A stretch of DNA of 60,286 nucleotides. It comes from an uncultured bacterium. Its GTDB lineage: Bacteria > JAJVIF01 > JAPKYR01. Under the pieces are notes generated by a model. That model was given only the letters and a program-made list of their open reading frames with translations, was not told where the DNA came from and did no database searches. The stretch spans positions 1-60,286 of the forward strand of contig CBDURU010000007.1 of assembly GCA_965369865.1 (NCBI GenBank), in the 5' to 3' direction. The position numbers and the translations under genes were made by a program. Shown piece by piece: positions 29,329-39,558 of this stretch (positions are counted from its first letter, which is position 1; the number at the start of each line of letters is the position of its first letter).

Positions 29329-32184
29329 ATGCATCTACGCTATCTTATGTTAACCGGAATCCTGATTTTAGTGGTTCTTGTGATCGGATGCTCAAAAAGC
29401 GGTGGATCACCTGTAACACCCGAACCGAATATTCAGGATACTGCAAGCTATTCAAAAACCAACGAGATATGTCTCGGACTGTATGATATCGAGTTTAACC
29501 CCGGGACCCAGGTTTTTACTGTGATTCCTTTACGAGGGGTACAGTTCCAGCTTAACCTGGTCAATCTCCTTCAACCACCCGCGGGCGATCCCGCTAACTT
29601 CACACTGACACTCCATCCCGATGGTTGTGATCTGCCCAATGGCCTGCTGGACCTGGATATCAACATCACACATCCATTTCCAATTTCGGATTTCCGTACT
29701 TTCGACCTCAGGCTTATTTTCATGGGTGACAAGGGAACATCACTCTCGAGTTTCGACTACGGAATACAGTTCCCGAAACCAACCGAAACTCGCCTGGTAA
29801 ATGCCGATGGATATTCAAGGTGGTGGAATGCCACTGAATTCCTGACACCGAATCTTTTCGGTTACAGCAAACCATGGTTCGCAAACGGGAATCCGAAATC
29901 AACTTTGAACGGATTTAAATATTACACCGATGAACTCGGGCCCGGCGATCCATTTGAGATTGATGTCGCCAATCGAGGAACCTGGTCCACCGAAACCCCT
30001 GGCGGCAACCCAAACACAGTCTCGCGGGAACACATCATCCAGTTCGAGATGATGGGCGATACCCCGATCTGGAAGTTTTCATACGCCATAGTGACTTCGT
30101 TCGAACTGCCCGAGCCAGGCTACCCGTCACCGGCACCGATAGATGCATTTACAATGGCAGCCAACAGCCCCGAGGCTTACAAAATCGGCGTTGAAATGGA
30201 CCCTTCGAGTACAGCTTATTTCACATCTACACAGACAGGCGGCGACCTGGTACTGAATCTCGATATTTTCGACTGGCAGGCGCTCGAGAATCCCGGTGGT
30301 GTGCCGGCCGAGATAGATGATTTCATTATTGAATCACCGACAATGTGGAGCGGCCCTTTGAATGTCTTCGATATCGGGACAATTATCGGCTCCACGAATG
30401 AGACCTCATCCACCTGGCAAATTGAAATTCCTGATGTTGTTCCTGAAGGAATGTTCCAGGATATTCTGATTACGGTCGAATCCGCCGATCCGGATTCCTA
30501 TGCGCCAATCTTCCCAGGCGCCGGAATTTACCCCGGTGGCGCGACACTCGCAGCTTATAACCTGGTCACACTCGAACTCCCTGGAAACTCTCCCCCGATA
30601 ATCGGCGAAATTTCCGGGCCCCCGATGTATCCCGACGGTGTCCAGTTACTTTACGCGTTATCGAGTATGGTGGATCTTCAGGACGGTCCTAACCTTACTG
30701 TGGACTGGGACTTCGATGGCGATGGTTTATTTTTAGATGATCAGGACGGCTCAAACACGAATATGACCGGTACTTATACTTTTACAGGCTCTGATACGCA
30801 TTACGTGCAGTGCCGCGTTACCGATACGGCGCTCGAGTATACTGACTCAAATATTTTGACCGTGGAACCGATCACACTTCCTTACGTCGACCCGATGGAC
30901 ATCGCAACCAGCGGTTTGTGGACCGTAATGAACGGGCTGTTCGATACGCATAATCCATTTCCTGCTCTCGAATGGAACGTCCAGACGGATCACTGGTCGA
31001 CAAGCGATATATCTTCGGGGATTTACTTAAATTACATGGACACCACGTTGGTCAGTCCGGTTATTCCTGCCGGTGACCTTGATGGCCTGATGCTTGTCAT
31101 TACTCACAGATGGGATACTGAACTTTACGACACGTGCCAGGTGATTTTCCGGATTAACGGCGGAAGCTGGATTACTGTATCGCCCCAGCTTTACTATAGG
31201 AACGATAATTATCCAAACTATGATACCGAGTACTACAATCTGACCGGCTTAACACCGGGTGATTCGATCGAGGTGGGATTCCACTTTAATTCCGACAGTA
31301 GCATTAACGATTACAGCGGCTGGGATATTACCGAGGTGCTTTTGGTCGATAACCAGCCACCGGAAATTACCGGGATTTTCGGACCCGATACGGTCGGCCT
31401 GCTCGGACCATGGACATACACGGTTGCCGCTACCGACCTGGATGGTTTCAGCGCGGTAAACTGGAGTATCGAGGAATCGGGCATGCCCCAGGTTTACGAT
31501 GATCCCGGGGACCCTTTGAACGATGGCCTGGTTGAACTTTATTTTCCGGCAGACGGGATTTTCGAAGTCTGGGTAGAAGTAACTGACGCCGCGAATCCAC
31601 CGCTCAGCTCAACATTCGGGTACTTGGAAGTCGAGGTTGCTGCGACTAATCCCGATGCATTTTTCTTCGATCATTTCAACCTGGACACCGGGGTGTGGCA
31701 ATTCACGGGTGGTTTGGATGATGGAGCTTACCAGGATTTCTGGCATGTCGACACCGTAGTCGGCATGATGGCTAATGCCGGTGAGGATGGCTGTTATGCT
31801 GAAGAATTAACCCAGCCGACAGAGAAAACGGCGAGCGCCGATATTATCTTCCCATCCGGCGGTGGTGAGATCCGGATGAAAATGATTCACGAGCTTGGTA
31901 CAGAATTATCCGGAACCAGTGTGCCTTATGACGGTCAGTGGGTCACGCTTGATGGTGGATTAATTGAACCATCCTATGGTTTCCTGTACACAAATGACGG
32001 CTGGGATCATGGATATTTTGTCGGATACACTTATGCATACTTAAGCAGTACATTCTATCTTGGAAACAGTTACAGCGACGGACAGCCGCATACTTTGACC
32101 TTCCACTCGCTTTCATCCGACGCCCTGTCGAATTGCGGAATCGGCTGGAGAATCGATTACTTGGAGATTTGGGAAGTTGAGTAG
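29329..32184 (+). CDS. Large acidic surface lipoprotein, paralogue B (shared N-terminal module + PKD + beta-sandwich domains)
   Basis: GGAGG RBS, lipobox VIGC; HPFP, FDLR, NADGY, NGFK, EAY, DWQ; WDFDGDG PKD; two domains ending GW.I..V/L. Confidence 0.8.
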   Translation: MHLRYLMLTGILILVVLVIGCSKSGGSPVTPEPNIQDTASYSKTNEICLGLYDIEFNPGTQVFTVIPLRGVQFQLNLVNLLQPPAGDPANFTLTLHPDGCDLPNGLLDLDINITHPFPISDFRTFDLRLIFMGDKGTSLSSFDYGIQFPKPTETRLVNADGYSRWWNATEFLTPNLFGYSKPWFANGNPKSTLNGFKYYTDELGPGDPFEIDVANRGTWSTETPGGNPNTVSREHIIQFEMMGDTPIWKFSYAIVTSFELPEPGYPSPAPIDAFTMAANSPEAYKIGVEMDPSSTAYFTSTQTGGDLVLNLDIFDWQALENPGGVPAEIDDFIIESPTMWSGPLNVFDIGTIIGSTNETSSTWQIEIPDVVPEGMFQDILITVESADPDSYAPIFPGAGIYPGGATLAAYNLVTLELPGNSPPIIGEISGPPMYPDGVQLLYALSSMVDLQDGPNLTVDWDFDGDGLFLDDQDGSNTNMTGTYTFTGSDTHYVQCRVTDTALEYTDSNILTVEPITLPYVDPMDIATSGLWTVMNGLFDTHNPFPALEWNVQTDHWSTSDISSGIYLNYMDTTLVSPVIPAGDLDGLMLVITHRWDTELYDTCQVIFRINGGSWITVSPQLYYRNDNYPNYDTEYYNLTGLTPGDSIEVGFHFNSDSSINDYSGWDITEVLLVDNQPPEITGIFGPDTVGLLGPWTYTVAATDLDGFSAVNWSIEESGMPQVYDDPGDPLNDGLVELYFPADGIFEVWVEVTDAANPPLSSTFGYLEVEVAATNPDAFFFDHFNLDTGVWQFTGGLDDGAYQDFWHVDTVVGMMANAGEDGCYAEELTQPTEKTASADIIFPSGGGEIRMKMIHELGTELSGTSVPYDGQWVTLDGGLIEPSYGFLYTNDGWDHGYFVGYTYAYLSSTFYLGNSYSDGQPHTLTFHSLSSDALSNCGIGWRIDYLEIWEVE

Positions 32185-32556
32185 TTGAGTAGTTGATTAA
32201 ATAAAAATCCGGTTACTAAGGGGGGACAATTTACCGGTGTTGCTTACTGAACACAGTAGGATAGATGGTCTTGCAGAGGATTTTAATACCCAGGTTGGCC
32301 TTAATTACTCATTAATGTGGTATATAATAATTTAACCGCATCGGATAATTGACTCCGCAAGGTACTCAATGTTAACATATTATATTGATGCTGGATCGTA
32401 CCGGATACCAGCCAAGCATATTAATTAACAGGAAAACCGTGGAGTTAGGAAAATATTATTATTACCACGGTGAGTACAGTATGTAATTATCCGCTTCAGT
32501 ATGGAATCTAAATCATAGGGGGCGGTTTAGTGTGCGGTGGCCAGGGATGAGAACAA

Positions 32557-34461
32557 ATGGAATCGACAGGCGATTTTTTAGATAATGACCTTCTTACTTC
32601 TTTAACCTCACAGGTTTCCCGTAAGGTTAAGAACCTGCGTACCCTGCTCAAGGTCACGCAGAGCATCAGTTCGGTACTCAACCTTGACCAGCTTTTCAGC
32701 ATTATCGTTGAGGAAGCAGCGGCAATTTTTGGTGCTGAAAAAGCCAGCCTGATGGTGATCGAACCCGGAACTGACTTTATGCGGATCAGAAGTGCGCTGG
32801 GCATTCCGGAGGAAGTACTTGATACAGCAAGGATTAGACTCGGGCAGGGTATTTCCGGGACGGTAGCGGAGAGTGGTGAGAGCTTATTCATCAGGGATAT
32901 TGAAAACGACCCAAGGTTTGGCACTGCCGGCAACCATGGGAAGAAACAGCAGCGATACGACACCAATTCACTGATCTGTGTACCTGTTAAGGGTCGCGAT
33001 GCATCGGTGCTTGGGGTTCTTAATGTCAACAACAAATCCAGTCATGAGGAATTCACGACGGACGATCTCGATCTCCTGGAGGTAATCGCAAGCCAGGCCG
33101 GAATCGCCCTGGATAACGCTCGTTTATTCACTACCGCAAGAAGCCGGATCAAGGAACTTGAAACCATCCACGAAGCAGGAGAACAGATTCTCGAAGCCCA
33201 GAGCAGTGACGCGGTGTTGAAACTGCTGGACGATCAGATCAAGGAGATTTATCCCGCCTGCCAACACGGTGTTATTTTCGTCGATCCCGATAACCTGTTC
33301 GTCGAATTTCACCATGGCAGCCAGTTTATTAAGGACTTCTTTGAAAGAGGAAAAAAGAAAAGCATCCAGGCGGTCGAAATTAAGGACCTCGACCAGATCT
33401 ACCAGCGTCCGCTTCTTGGTGATTTCAAAGACCCGCTGTCCGTAAGAATTTTCGATGATGAAACAATCGATCATGGAATCCTGTTCTCGATTCCGATCAG
33501 AAACCCTCGAGGGGTTCTTGGATACGTGGATATCTACCTGGAAGACGAGGAGAGCATCAACCTGGAACGTGTACGGGTTCTGGAGATTGTGGTTCACCAG
33601 GCTGCTTCAAATCTTGAAAACAGGAAACTTTATGAGGAGATGGGACACGGATATACGGAAACCATTCGTGCCCTCTCGTCCGCGATCGACGCGAAAGATA
33701 AATACACAATCGGCCACTCCGAGCGAGTTGCCCTCTTCGCCGTGGAGCTCGGCAGAGCTCTTGGTTTCGACACCCAGACACTTAACCTCGTCGAACGTGC
33801 CGGAATCCTGCACGACATTGGCAAGATCGGCGTGAGCGAACTCATCCTCGGTAAACCTGGACGCCTTGACGAGCATGAATTCCAGGAGATGAAGGACCAT
33901 CTCCGAAAATCCGCAGAAATTCTGAAACCGATTAAATTCCTCGGACCAGCGTACGATGGGCTGGTCACGCATCACGAACGTATGGACGGCCGCGGTTACC
34001 TTGGGGTGGAAGGAGAGAATATTCCCCTTCTCGGCCGGATTCTCGCGATAGCCGATGCGTTCGACGCGATGACCTCCGACCGTCCCTACCGTAAAGGGTT
34101 ACCGGCCAGTGTAGCCAGGCTTGAGCTTAAGAAAAATGCCGGTACCCAGTTTGATCCTGACCTCGTGGACGTGTTTTGCCATGTTCTTGATAAAAATACG
34201 GATGAAAACGGCAGGATGACTTTCGAACGCCTTGAGGAAATCAACAGGCGGAGCCAGGTCAGTTTCAAGTACGGCAAAGACGCGATGTACACCGTCCTGA
34301 AACCACTGTCCGAGGAAGAGCGCGCCAAGCAGGATGAGCGAAAGAAGACCGCGACCAAGAAAATAGCCGCGGCTGGCGGTAACGGTAAAGCCGATGAGGA
34401 GGCTGCGACCACTGCAAAGATCGAGGATGAGGGTGAGAAGAGTATACTGGAAAAAGGTTAA
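32557..34461 (+). CDS. GAF-GAF-HD-GYP family phosphodiesterase
   Basis: GAF domain (LGVLNVNNK..F..DD), AKDKYT.GHS.RV, LHDIGK, HHERMDGRGYL, ADAFDAMTSDRPYR. Confidence 0.92.
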   Translation: MESTGDFLDNDLLTSLTSQVSRKVKNLRTLLKVTQSISSVLNLDQLFSIIVEEAAAIFGAEKASLMVIEPGTDFMRIRSALGIPEEVLDTARIRLGQGISGTVAESGESLFIRDIENDPRFGTAGNHGKKQQRYDTNSLICVPVKGRDASVLGVLNVNNKSSHEEFTTDDLDLLEVIASQAGIALDNARLFTTARSRIKELETIHEAGEQILEAQSSDAVLKLLDDQIKEIYPACQHGVIFVDPDNLFVEFHHGSQFIKDFFERGKKKSIQAVEIKDLDQIYQRPLLGDFKDPLSVRIFDDETIDHGILFSIPIRNPRGVLGYVDIYLEDEESINLERVRVLEIVVHQAASNLENRKLYEEMGHGYTETIRALSSAIDAKDKYTIGHSERVALFAVELGRALGFDTQTLNLVERAGILHDIGKIGVSELILGKPGRLDEHEFQEMKDHLRKSAEILKPIKFLGPAYDGLVTHHERMDGRGYLGVEGENIPLLGRILAIADAFDAMTSDRPYRKGLPASVARLELKKNAGTQFDPDLVDVFCHVLDKNTDENGRMTFERLEEINRRSQVSFKYGKDAMYTVLKPLSEEERAKQDERKKTATKKIAAAGGNGKADEEAATTAKIEDEGEKSILEKG

Positions 34462-34557
34462 TTTGAGGAAGGGAAGGTCGATATATACTCACTGTAACCT
34501 CTGTAAACCGTGGAAATCCTGACTTAAACAAATTTAATTAAAAAAACCCGCTACCCC

Positions 34558-34586
34558 TTGTAAGGGTAAGGTTTGTAAAGTATACT
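34558..34586 (+). promoter_or_regulatory. Sigma70-type promoter of a short intergenic unit
   Basis: TTGTAA-17nt-TATACT. Confidence 0.55.
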
Positions 34587-34738
34587 TATTATGAATGAGG
34601 TTACGGGAGAAAAGTGTGCATTCCGCTCCCGATCTCAAATCTGGCAAAGGGAATAGCTTTGAGGCAACTGCCAACAAGCGTTACCCAAGCAAGATTTCCT
34701 GAATTGCCACACTGTCCATCGCAACATAAATGCAGCAA

Positions 34739-34774
34739 AAGCCGGGTACTAAACAGGCCCGGTTTCTATTTATT
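34739..34774 (+). terminator. Intrinsic terminator
   Basis: AAGCCGGGT...GCCCGGTTT stem followed by a T-rich run. Confidence 0.5.
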
Positions 34775-34910
34775 AGCGATGGGGATCCTGGTTTACAAGA
34801 CTTTAATTTGCTTGATACAGATTCGAGAATTTCTAAACATCGTCCTATTCCCCCACTCCGCTTTCACCTTTTGTGTGTCAGATGGTAGAATAATCCATTG
34901 ACGAAGACCT

Positions 34911-35918
34911 ATGGACGAACTACCGGAAAAAATTAATCCCCTGGCCAGTATGCCATCGGAGCCGATCGATCCCGCGGTCGACCCTGATGCCCTTATCTCA
35001 GTAATTGTGCCGTTGATAAATGAGGAAGGCACAATTGTCGAACTCTTTGACAGGGTTAGAGAAGTTTTCCATGAGCTTCAGCGGGACTACGAGATTATTT
35101 TTATTGACGACGGCAGCACCGACTCGAGCTGGCAGATGCTCAGGATGCTTTACCAGGAATACCCGATGAATGTCCGCGCGATCAGGTTCCGGCTCAACAA
35201 GGGAAAAGCCGCAGCGCTTGCCGCTGGATTCGAACTCGCCGAGGGGGAAATCATTTTCACAATGGACGCCGACCTTCAGGACGATCCATCGGAAATTCCC
35301 CGTTTCCTTGAATGCCTTGCCAGTGGAGCCGACCTGGTAACCGGTTACAAGAAAAAACGTCGGGACCCGCTGCACAAGGTAATTCCGTCCAGGTTTTTTA
35401 ACTGGGTTGTCAGCATGGCATCGGGACTTCGCCTGCACGATTACAACTGTGGTTTCAAGGCATACAGGAAGGAAGTAATGAACGATGTTCATCTTTATGG
35501 TGAACTGCACCGCTACATTCCGTTCCTCGCGAATGCCCGCGGCTTCAAGGTAAAGGAAACCATCGTTGAGCATCATCCGAGGACATCGGGAGTCAGCAAG
35601 TACGGCATGGAGCGGTATTTCCGGGGTTTCTTCGATCTGTTCACAGTCATTATGCTCACACGGTTTTCACGGAAACCGCTTCACTTGTTCGGGGGCATAG
35701 GTTCTATGCTTTTTATTATCGGCCTCTTGATTAACATGTGGCTGACATGGATATGGCTTTGGGGCGCGGCTATAGGCGACAGGCCGTTGTTGTTCCTTGG
35801 AGTCCTTTTGATGGTGGTTGGTATACAGCTATTTGCTATTGGCCTTGTGGGAGAAATGATTAATTCCGCGAAACCCAGGGATGATTCCGACCGTCCGATC
35901 AAAACCATTCTCAAATAA
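34911..35918 (+). CDS. GT2 polyprenol-phosphate glycosyltransferase (GtrB/ArnC/DPM-like)
   Basis: IDDGSTD, MDADLQD, CGFKAYR, HHPR..G.SKY, two C-terminal TM helices. Confidence 0.92.
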   Translation: MDELPEKINPLASMPSEPIDPAVDPDALISVIVPLINEEGTIVELFDRVREVFHELQRDYEIIFIDDGSTDSSWQMLRMLYQEYPMNVRAIRFRLNKGKAAALAAGFELAEGEIIFTMDADLQDDPSEIPRFLECLASGADLVTGYKKKRRDPLHKVIPSRFFNWVVSMASGLRLHDYNCGFKAYRKEVMNDVHLYGELHRYIPFLANARGFKVKETIVEHHPRTSGVSKYGMERYFRGFFDLFTVIMLTRFSRKPLHLFGGIGSMLFIIGLLINMWLTWIWLWGAAIGDRPLLFLGVLLMVVGIQLFAIGLVGEMINSAKPRDDSDRPIKTILK

Positions 35919-35923
35919 CTCAA

Positions 35924-36790
35924 ATGATTCCCATCCTGGAGAATACATCGACTGAAATCAAGCGGGTGGGTATTGTCATCCTTAATTACAACGGTAAAGA
36001 TGTTTTGCCGGGTCTTCTCGAATCCCTGACGAAAATCGACTACCGGAATTTCAGGGTGTTTCTTATTGACAACAATTCGGAAGATGATTCGATTGAACGC
36101 GCGAGGGATAATTATTCAACCCGACTTCCCCTGGAAATTATCGAGAATCAAGAGAACCTGTTATTTTCAAGAGGGAATAATGTCGGGATTAAAAGTGCGG
36201 TCAATTGGGAAGCGGATTACATCATCCTTCTAAACAACGATACTGTTGTCCCGCCAAAAATGATCGGCCAACTTGTTGAATTCATGGAGAAGCAACCGAA
36301 TATCGGGATCGCAGGCCCCATGATCCATTTCTTCGAACCTGACAACACGATCTGGGGCGCCGGTGGGATGGTTAATTCATGGTGGGGACTGGTCAGGCAC
36401 AGGGGAATACGCGAGAAGGACAGAGGGCGGTTCTCAGAACCCGCGAAAGTGGATTACGTGTCGGGTGCGGCGCTGATGGCCCGTACGGAGGTTTTTACCC
36501 GGTTGAACATGCTCGATGAAAGCTTCCCGATGTATTACGAGGACACGGATTTCTGTTTCCGTGCAAAGAACCAGGGATATGAAACCTGGTACGTACCGAC
36601 GTCGCCCCTTATTCACCTTGTAAGTGTCGCTGCGGGAGGTCAGGCGTCGAGGTTTAAAATTACCAGGAGATTTTCGGCGGGCATGAAATTTTTCGCGCGT
36701 CACGCGAAATGGTACCAGTGGCCTACTATCTTACTTGGCCAGGTTTATGAAGCGATCAGGGTCGGGCTGCTGGTAATAAGGGGGATATGA
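35924..36790 (+). CDS. GT2 family glycosyltransferase
   Basis: ILNYNG, DNNSED, GNNVG, LLNND, SGAALM, YYEDTDFC. Confidence 0.9.
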   Translation: MIPILENTSTEIKRVGIVILNYNGKDVLPGLLESLTKIDYRNFRVFLIDNNSEDDSIERARDNYSTRLPLEIIENQENLLFSRGNNVGIKSAVNWEADYIILLNNDTVVPPKMIGQLVEFMEKQPNIGIAGPMIHFFEPDNTIWGAGGMVNSWWGLVRHRGIREKDRGRFSEPAKVDYVSGAALMARTEVFTRLNMLDESFPMYYEDTDFCFRAKNQGYETWYVPTSPLIHLVSVAAGGQASRFKITRRFSAGMKFFARHAKWYQWPTILLGQVYEAIRVGLLVIRGI

Positions 36791-36799
36791 AATATCCGC

Positions 36800-38104
36800 A
36801 TGCCAACAGTACTCTGCATAGCTTATCTTTTTCCCCCGAGGGCCGGAGTCGGGGTACAGCGAATAACGAAATTCGTACGCTATCTCCCCGACCATAACTG
36901 GCAGCCTATCGTACTGACCCCGGATAAGCCTGAGGGAAGTTTCCCTATCGATCCCGGTTACAAAAACGAAATTCCCGATTCTGTGAAAATATACAAAGCG
37001 CCAAGCCGCGAACCGTATCATCTTTACCGTGCACTGGGAGGGAAGAAACGCCAGGACTCCGCTGATTTCAGGGGGGTAATTGAAGGGGGTAAAAGCCTCG
37101 GATTCACCGGGCGACTATATTCTTCTTTCCAGGCGGCATTTTTAATTCCCGATCCGAAAATCGGGTGGTTCGGGCCTGCGGTTAATCGGGCGCGGGAAAT
37201 CCTGGCTGGTAATAAGATCGACATTATTTTCTCAACAAGTCCGGAAGCCACCGATCATGTAATCGCGAGGGCGGTCGCAAGGGAATCGGGATTGCCATGG
37301 GTCATGGATTTTCGCGACCCCTGGACAACCAGCCTGTACGCAACCAAACGTCCTTACCGGGCAAGGATAAAAGAAGAAAAGCTTGAACTTAGCTGCCTCG
37401 AAGAATCGTCCGCGATATCAGTCGTCCAGTCGAGATACCGTGATGAATATCTTGAGAAATATCCTTCGCTCAGAGGACATGAAGGTAAATTTCACATACT
37501 TCCCAATGGGTTCGATCCTGGAGATTTTGATGGAATCGAGCCCAGAAAATTCGATCGCTGGACCGTAGTTTACACCGGTTCGATTTCATACCCGCGCGAT
37601 CCGGAACCATTTTTCAAGGGTTGGAAGAAGGCATGTGAAAAATCGGTTGCGTTTCGGGATGGCGCCGCGTGTTTTTTCATGGGCGAATTCGATACACGCT
37701 TTCACGAACTCGCACCGAAGTATATAATGGACAATCTGAAAATCGAGGGTTTCCAGACCCGCGATGCCGTTTATTCATCGCAACTCGGCGCGGGATCTCT
37801 TTTACTGATAGCCGAAGGATATGTAACCGGAAAGGCATTCGAGTACCTGGCATCCGGGCGGCCCATACTGGCAATAACCGGGGGTGAGGATTTAATCGAG
37901 CTGATAGATAGGTCCCATGCCGGTGTATGCCTGTCGCCGGACGATCCCGAAAAAATTGCGGATGCACTGATCCGGCAGTTCAACTCAAGGGATCAAGTGT
38001 TCGATATAGATACCGATTTCCTCAAGCAATACGACCGTCGCCACATTACAGGCGAGTTAGCGAAACTGTTTAATGACATCATCGCCAGGGAATCAAACAA
38101 TTGA
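36800..38104 (+). CDS. GT4 family glycosyltransferase
   Basis: YLFPP..G.GVQR, DFRDPW, PNGFD, YTGS, KAFEYLASGRPI. Confidence 0.88.
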   Translation: MPTVLCIAYLFPPRAGVGVQRITKFVRYLPDHNWQPIVLTPDKPEGSFPIDPGYKNEIPDSVKIYKAPSREPYHLYRALGGKKRQDSADFRGVIEGGKSLGFTGRLYSSFQAAFLIPDPKIGWFGPAVNRAREILAGNKIDIIFSTSPEATDHVIARAVARESGLPWVMDFRDPWTTSLYATKRPYRARIKEEKLELSCLEESSAISVVQSRYRDEYLEKYPSLRGHEGKFHILPNGFDPGDFDGIEPRKFDRWTVVYTGSISYPRDPEPFFKGWKKACEKSVAFRDGAACFFMGEFDTRFHELAPKYIMDNLKIEGFQTRDAVYSSQLGAGSLLLIAEGYVTGKAFEYLASGRPILAITGGEDLIELIDRSHAGVCLSPDDPEKIADALIRQFNSRDQVFDIDTDFLKQYDRRHITGELAKLFNDIIARESNN

Positions 38105-39494
38105 AAAAGGCTCTCTCGCCCGTGACACGGTCGGGACGACCCTGACTAACGCTGCCCTTTTTATTCTCGGAATAATCATCTGGGTAATCATCGCGAGGCT
38201 TCTGGGTCCGGTCTGGCGTGGAGAGCTGGCGCTGGTTATGCTTGCCCCGGCGATTGTTATGAAGACCGGGTCGTTCGGCTACGACCAGGGTATGATTGTA
38301 CTGGGAGGAAAAAACAGAACCAGTTTAGGACCCTTAACAGGCACCGGTGTTCTTCTCGGATTCTTCATGGGCCTTTTATTTATCGGGCTTCTATTGGGAT
38401 TCATGTGGGGATTTCCGAAGACATTCTGGAATATCAGCCAGGTCTGGCTTCCGGGGCCGTTTATGATCATCTCGATGGCGTTTCCGCTTCACCTCATGAC
38501 GATGGCATACGATGCGGCTATTTACGCCGAGGACCGAATCGCTGCAAGGAACCTCAAGGAACTCGTTATAAATATCGTGATGATTGTTGTAATCCTGGCT
38601 GCTTTTTTCCTCTTCAAGCTGCAACTCTTCGGGGTGATCGGTGCTTACATAATCGCGAATACGGTCAGCCTGGGATACTCGTACTTCCTGGTGCGGGGCA
38701 GGATGCCCTTACCCGGAACAATTGACATTAATATTACACGCCAGGCTGTCAGACTTGGGTTCCCGATCTATCTCGCCCAGCTTGCCGCATACCTGATGCT
38801 GCCCGTAATGATGATCCTGCTTTCATTCTCACTCGCCGGTTCCCATGGAGAGAATCTTGCCAGGATTGCATTCTTCACAATGGCGTACCAGATGATCGAG
38901 AGAATTCTTCCGGTAACGCGATCGGTTGCGTTCGCCCTGTTACCCAAGATCACCGGTGGAAGCGACACCGATGCAAGCGAACTTACCGCGAAAGCGTCCC
39001 GTCAGACATTTCTCACTTCGCTCGTGCTTTTCATAATCCTTGCCATTTTCATGAAACCGATTGTGGCAATCCTCCTTGGGTCGCGTTTCATCCCGGTTGC
39101 AGGGGCATTTGCGATAATGGCGGCTGGGGGAATCGCGTTGTCAATGGCGGGGGTGTGGTCCGCGCACCTTCTTGCGAGAACACGACCGTACGAGGTCGCA
39201 AAGGCTGGGATTATCGGGGTCCTGGTCGCGCTGGTAATCGCATGGGCGGGATTCCAGAACACGACCGGTCGGGAAGTCCAGATAGCGTCGGTTGCAGTAC
39301 TGATAGGATCGTTTGTTAACGCCGGATTCCTTCTCAATTCATTCTGCAGGGCAGGGAATATAAAAGCGGTAGAGGTTCTGATTCCAACGATGGCAGATAT
39401 GAGAGAATGGCGTCGAATCCCGGGATTTATTACCGAGATGATCTGGAGAAAAAAACAAACAGAGACCCGTGATAATTCTGCATCTTTAGAATAA
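38073..39494 (+). CDS. Oligosaccharide flippase (Wzx/MOP family)
   Basis: IARLLGP..RG motif, ~12 TM helices, inside a GT cluster. Confidence 0.85.
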   Translation: MTSSPGNQTIEKGSLARDTVGTTLTNAALFILGIIIWVIIARLLGPVWRGELALVMLAPAIVMKTGSFGYDQGMIVLGGKNRTSLGPLTGTGVLLGFFMGLLFIGLLLGFMWGFPKTFWNISQVWLPGPFMIISMAFPLHLMTMAYDAAIYAEDRIAARNLKELVINIVMIVVILAAFFLFKLQLFGVIGAYIIANTVSLGYSYFLVRGRMPLPGTIDINITRQAVRLGFPIYLAQLAAYLMLPVMMILLSFSLAGSHGENLARIAFFTMAYQMIERILPVTRSVAFALLPKITGGSDTDASELTAKASRQTFLTSLVLFIILAIFMKPIVAILLGSRFIPVAGAFAIMAAGGIALSMAGVWSAHLLARTRPYEVAKAGIIGVLVALVIAWAGFQNTTGREVQIASVAVLIGSFVNAGFLLNSFCRAGNIKAVEVLIPTMADMREWRRIPGFITEMIWRKKQTETRDNSASLE

Positions 39495-39558
39495 TTTCAA
39501 ATCCAGGGTGAAATCAACAATAGATGAGGTAATGTCAAAAGTAGTGTGAAAAAGGAAG

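Noticed and set aside
32174..32197. Short tandem AGTTGAGT duplication at a stop codon; also TGGAGAGAATC x2 near 55161-55184
   Set aside because: Simple slippage-type duplications with no functional cue.
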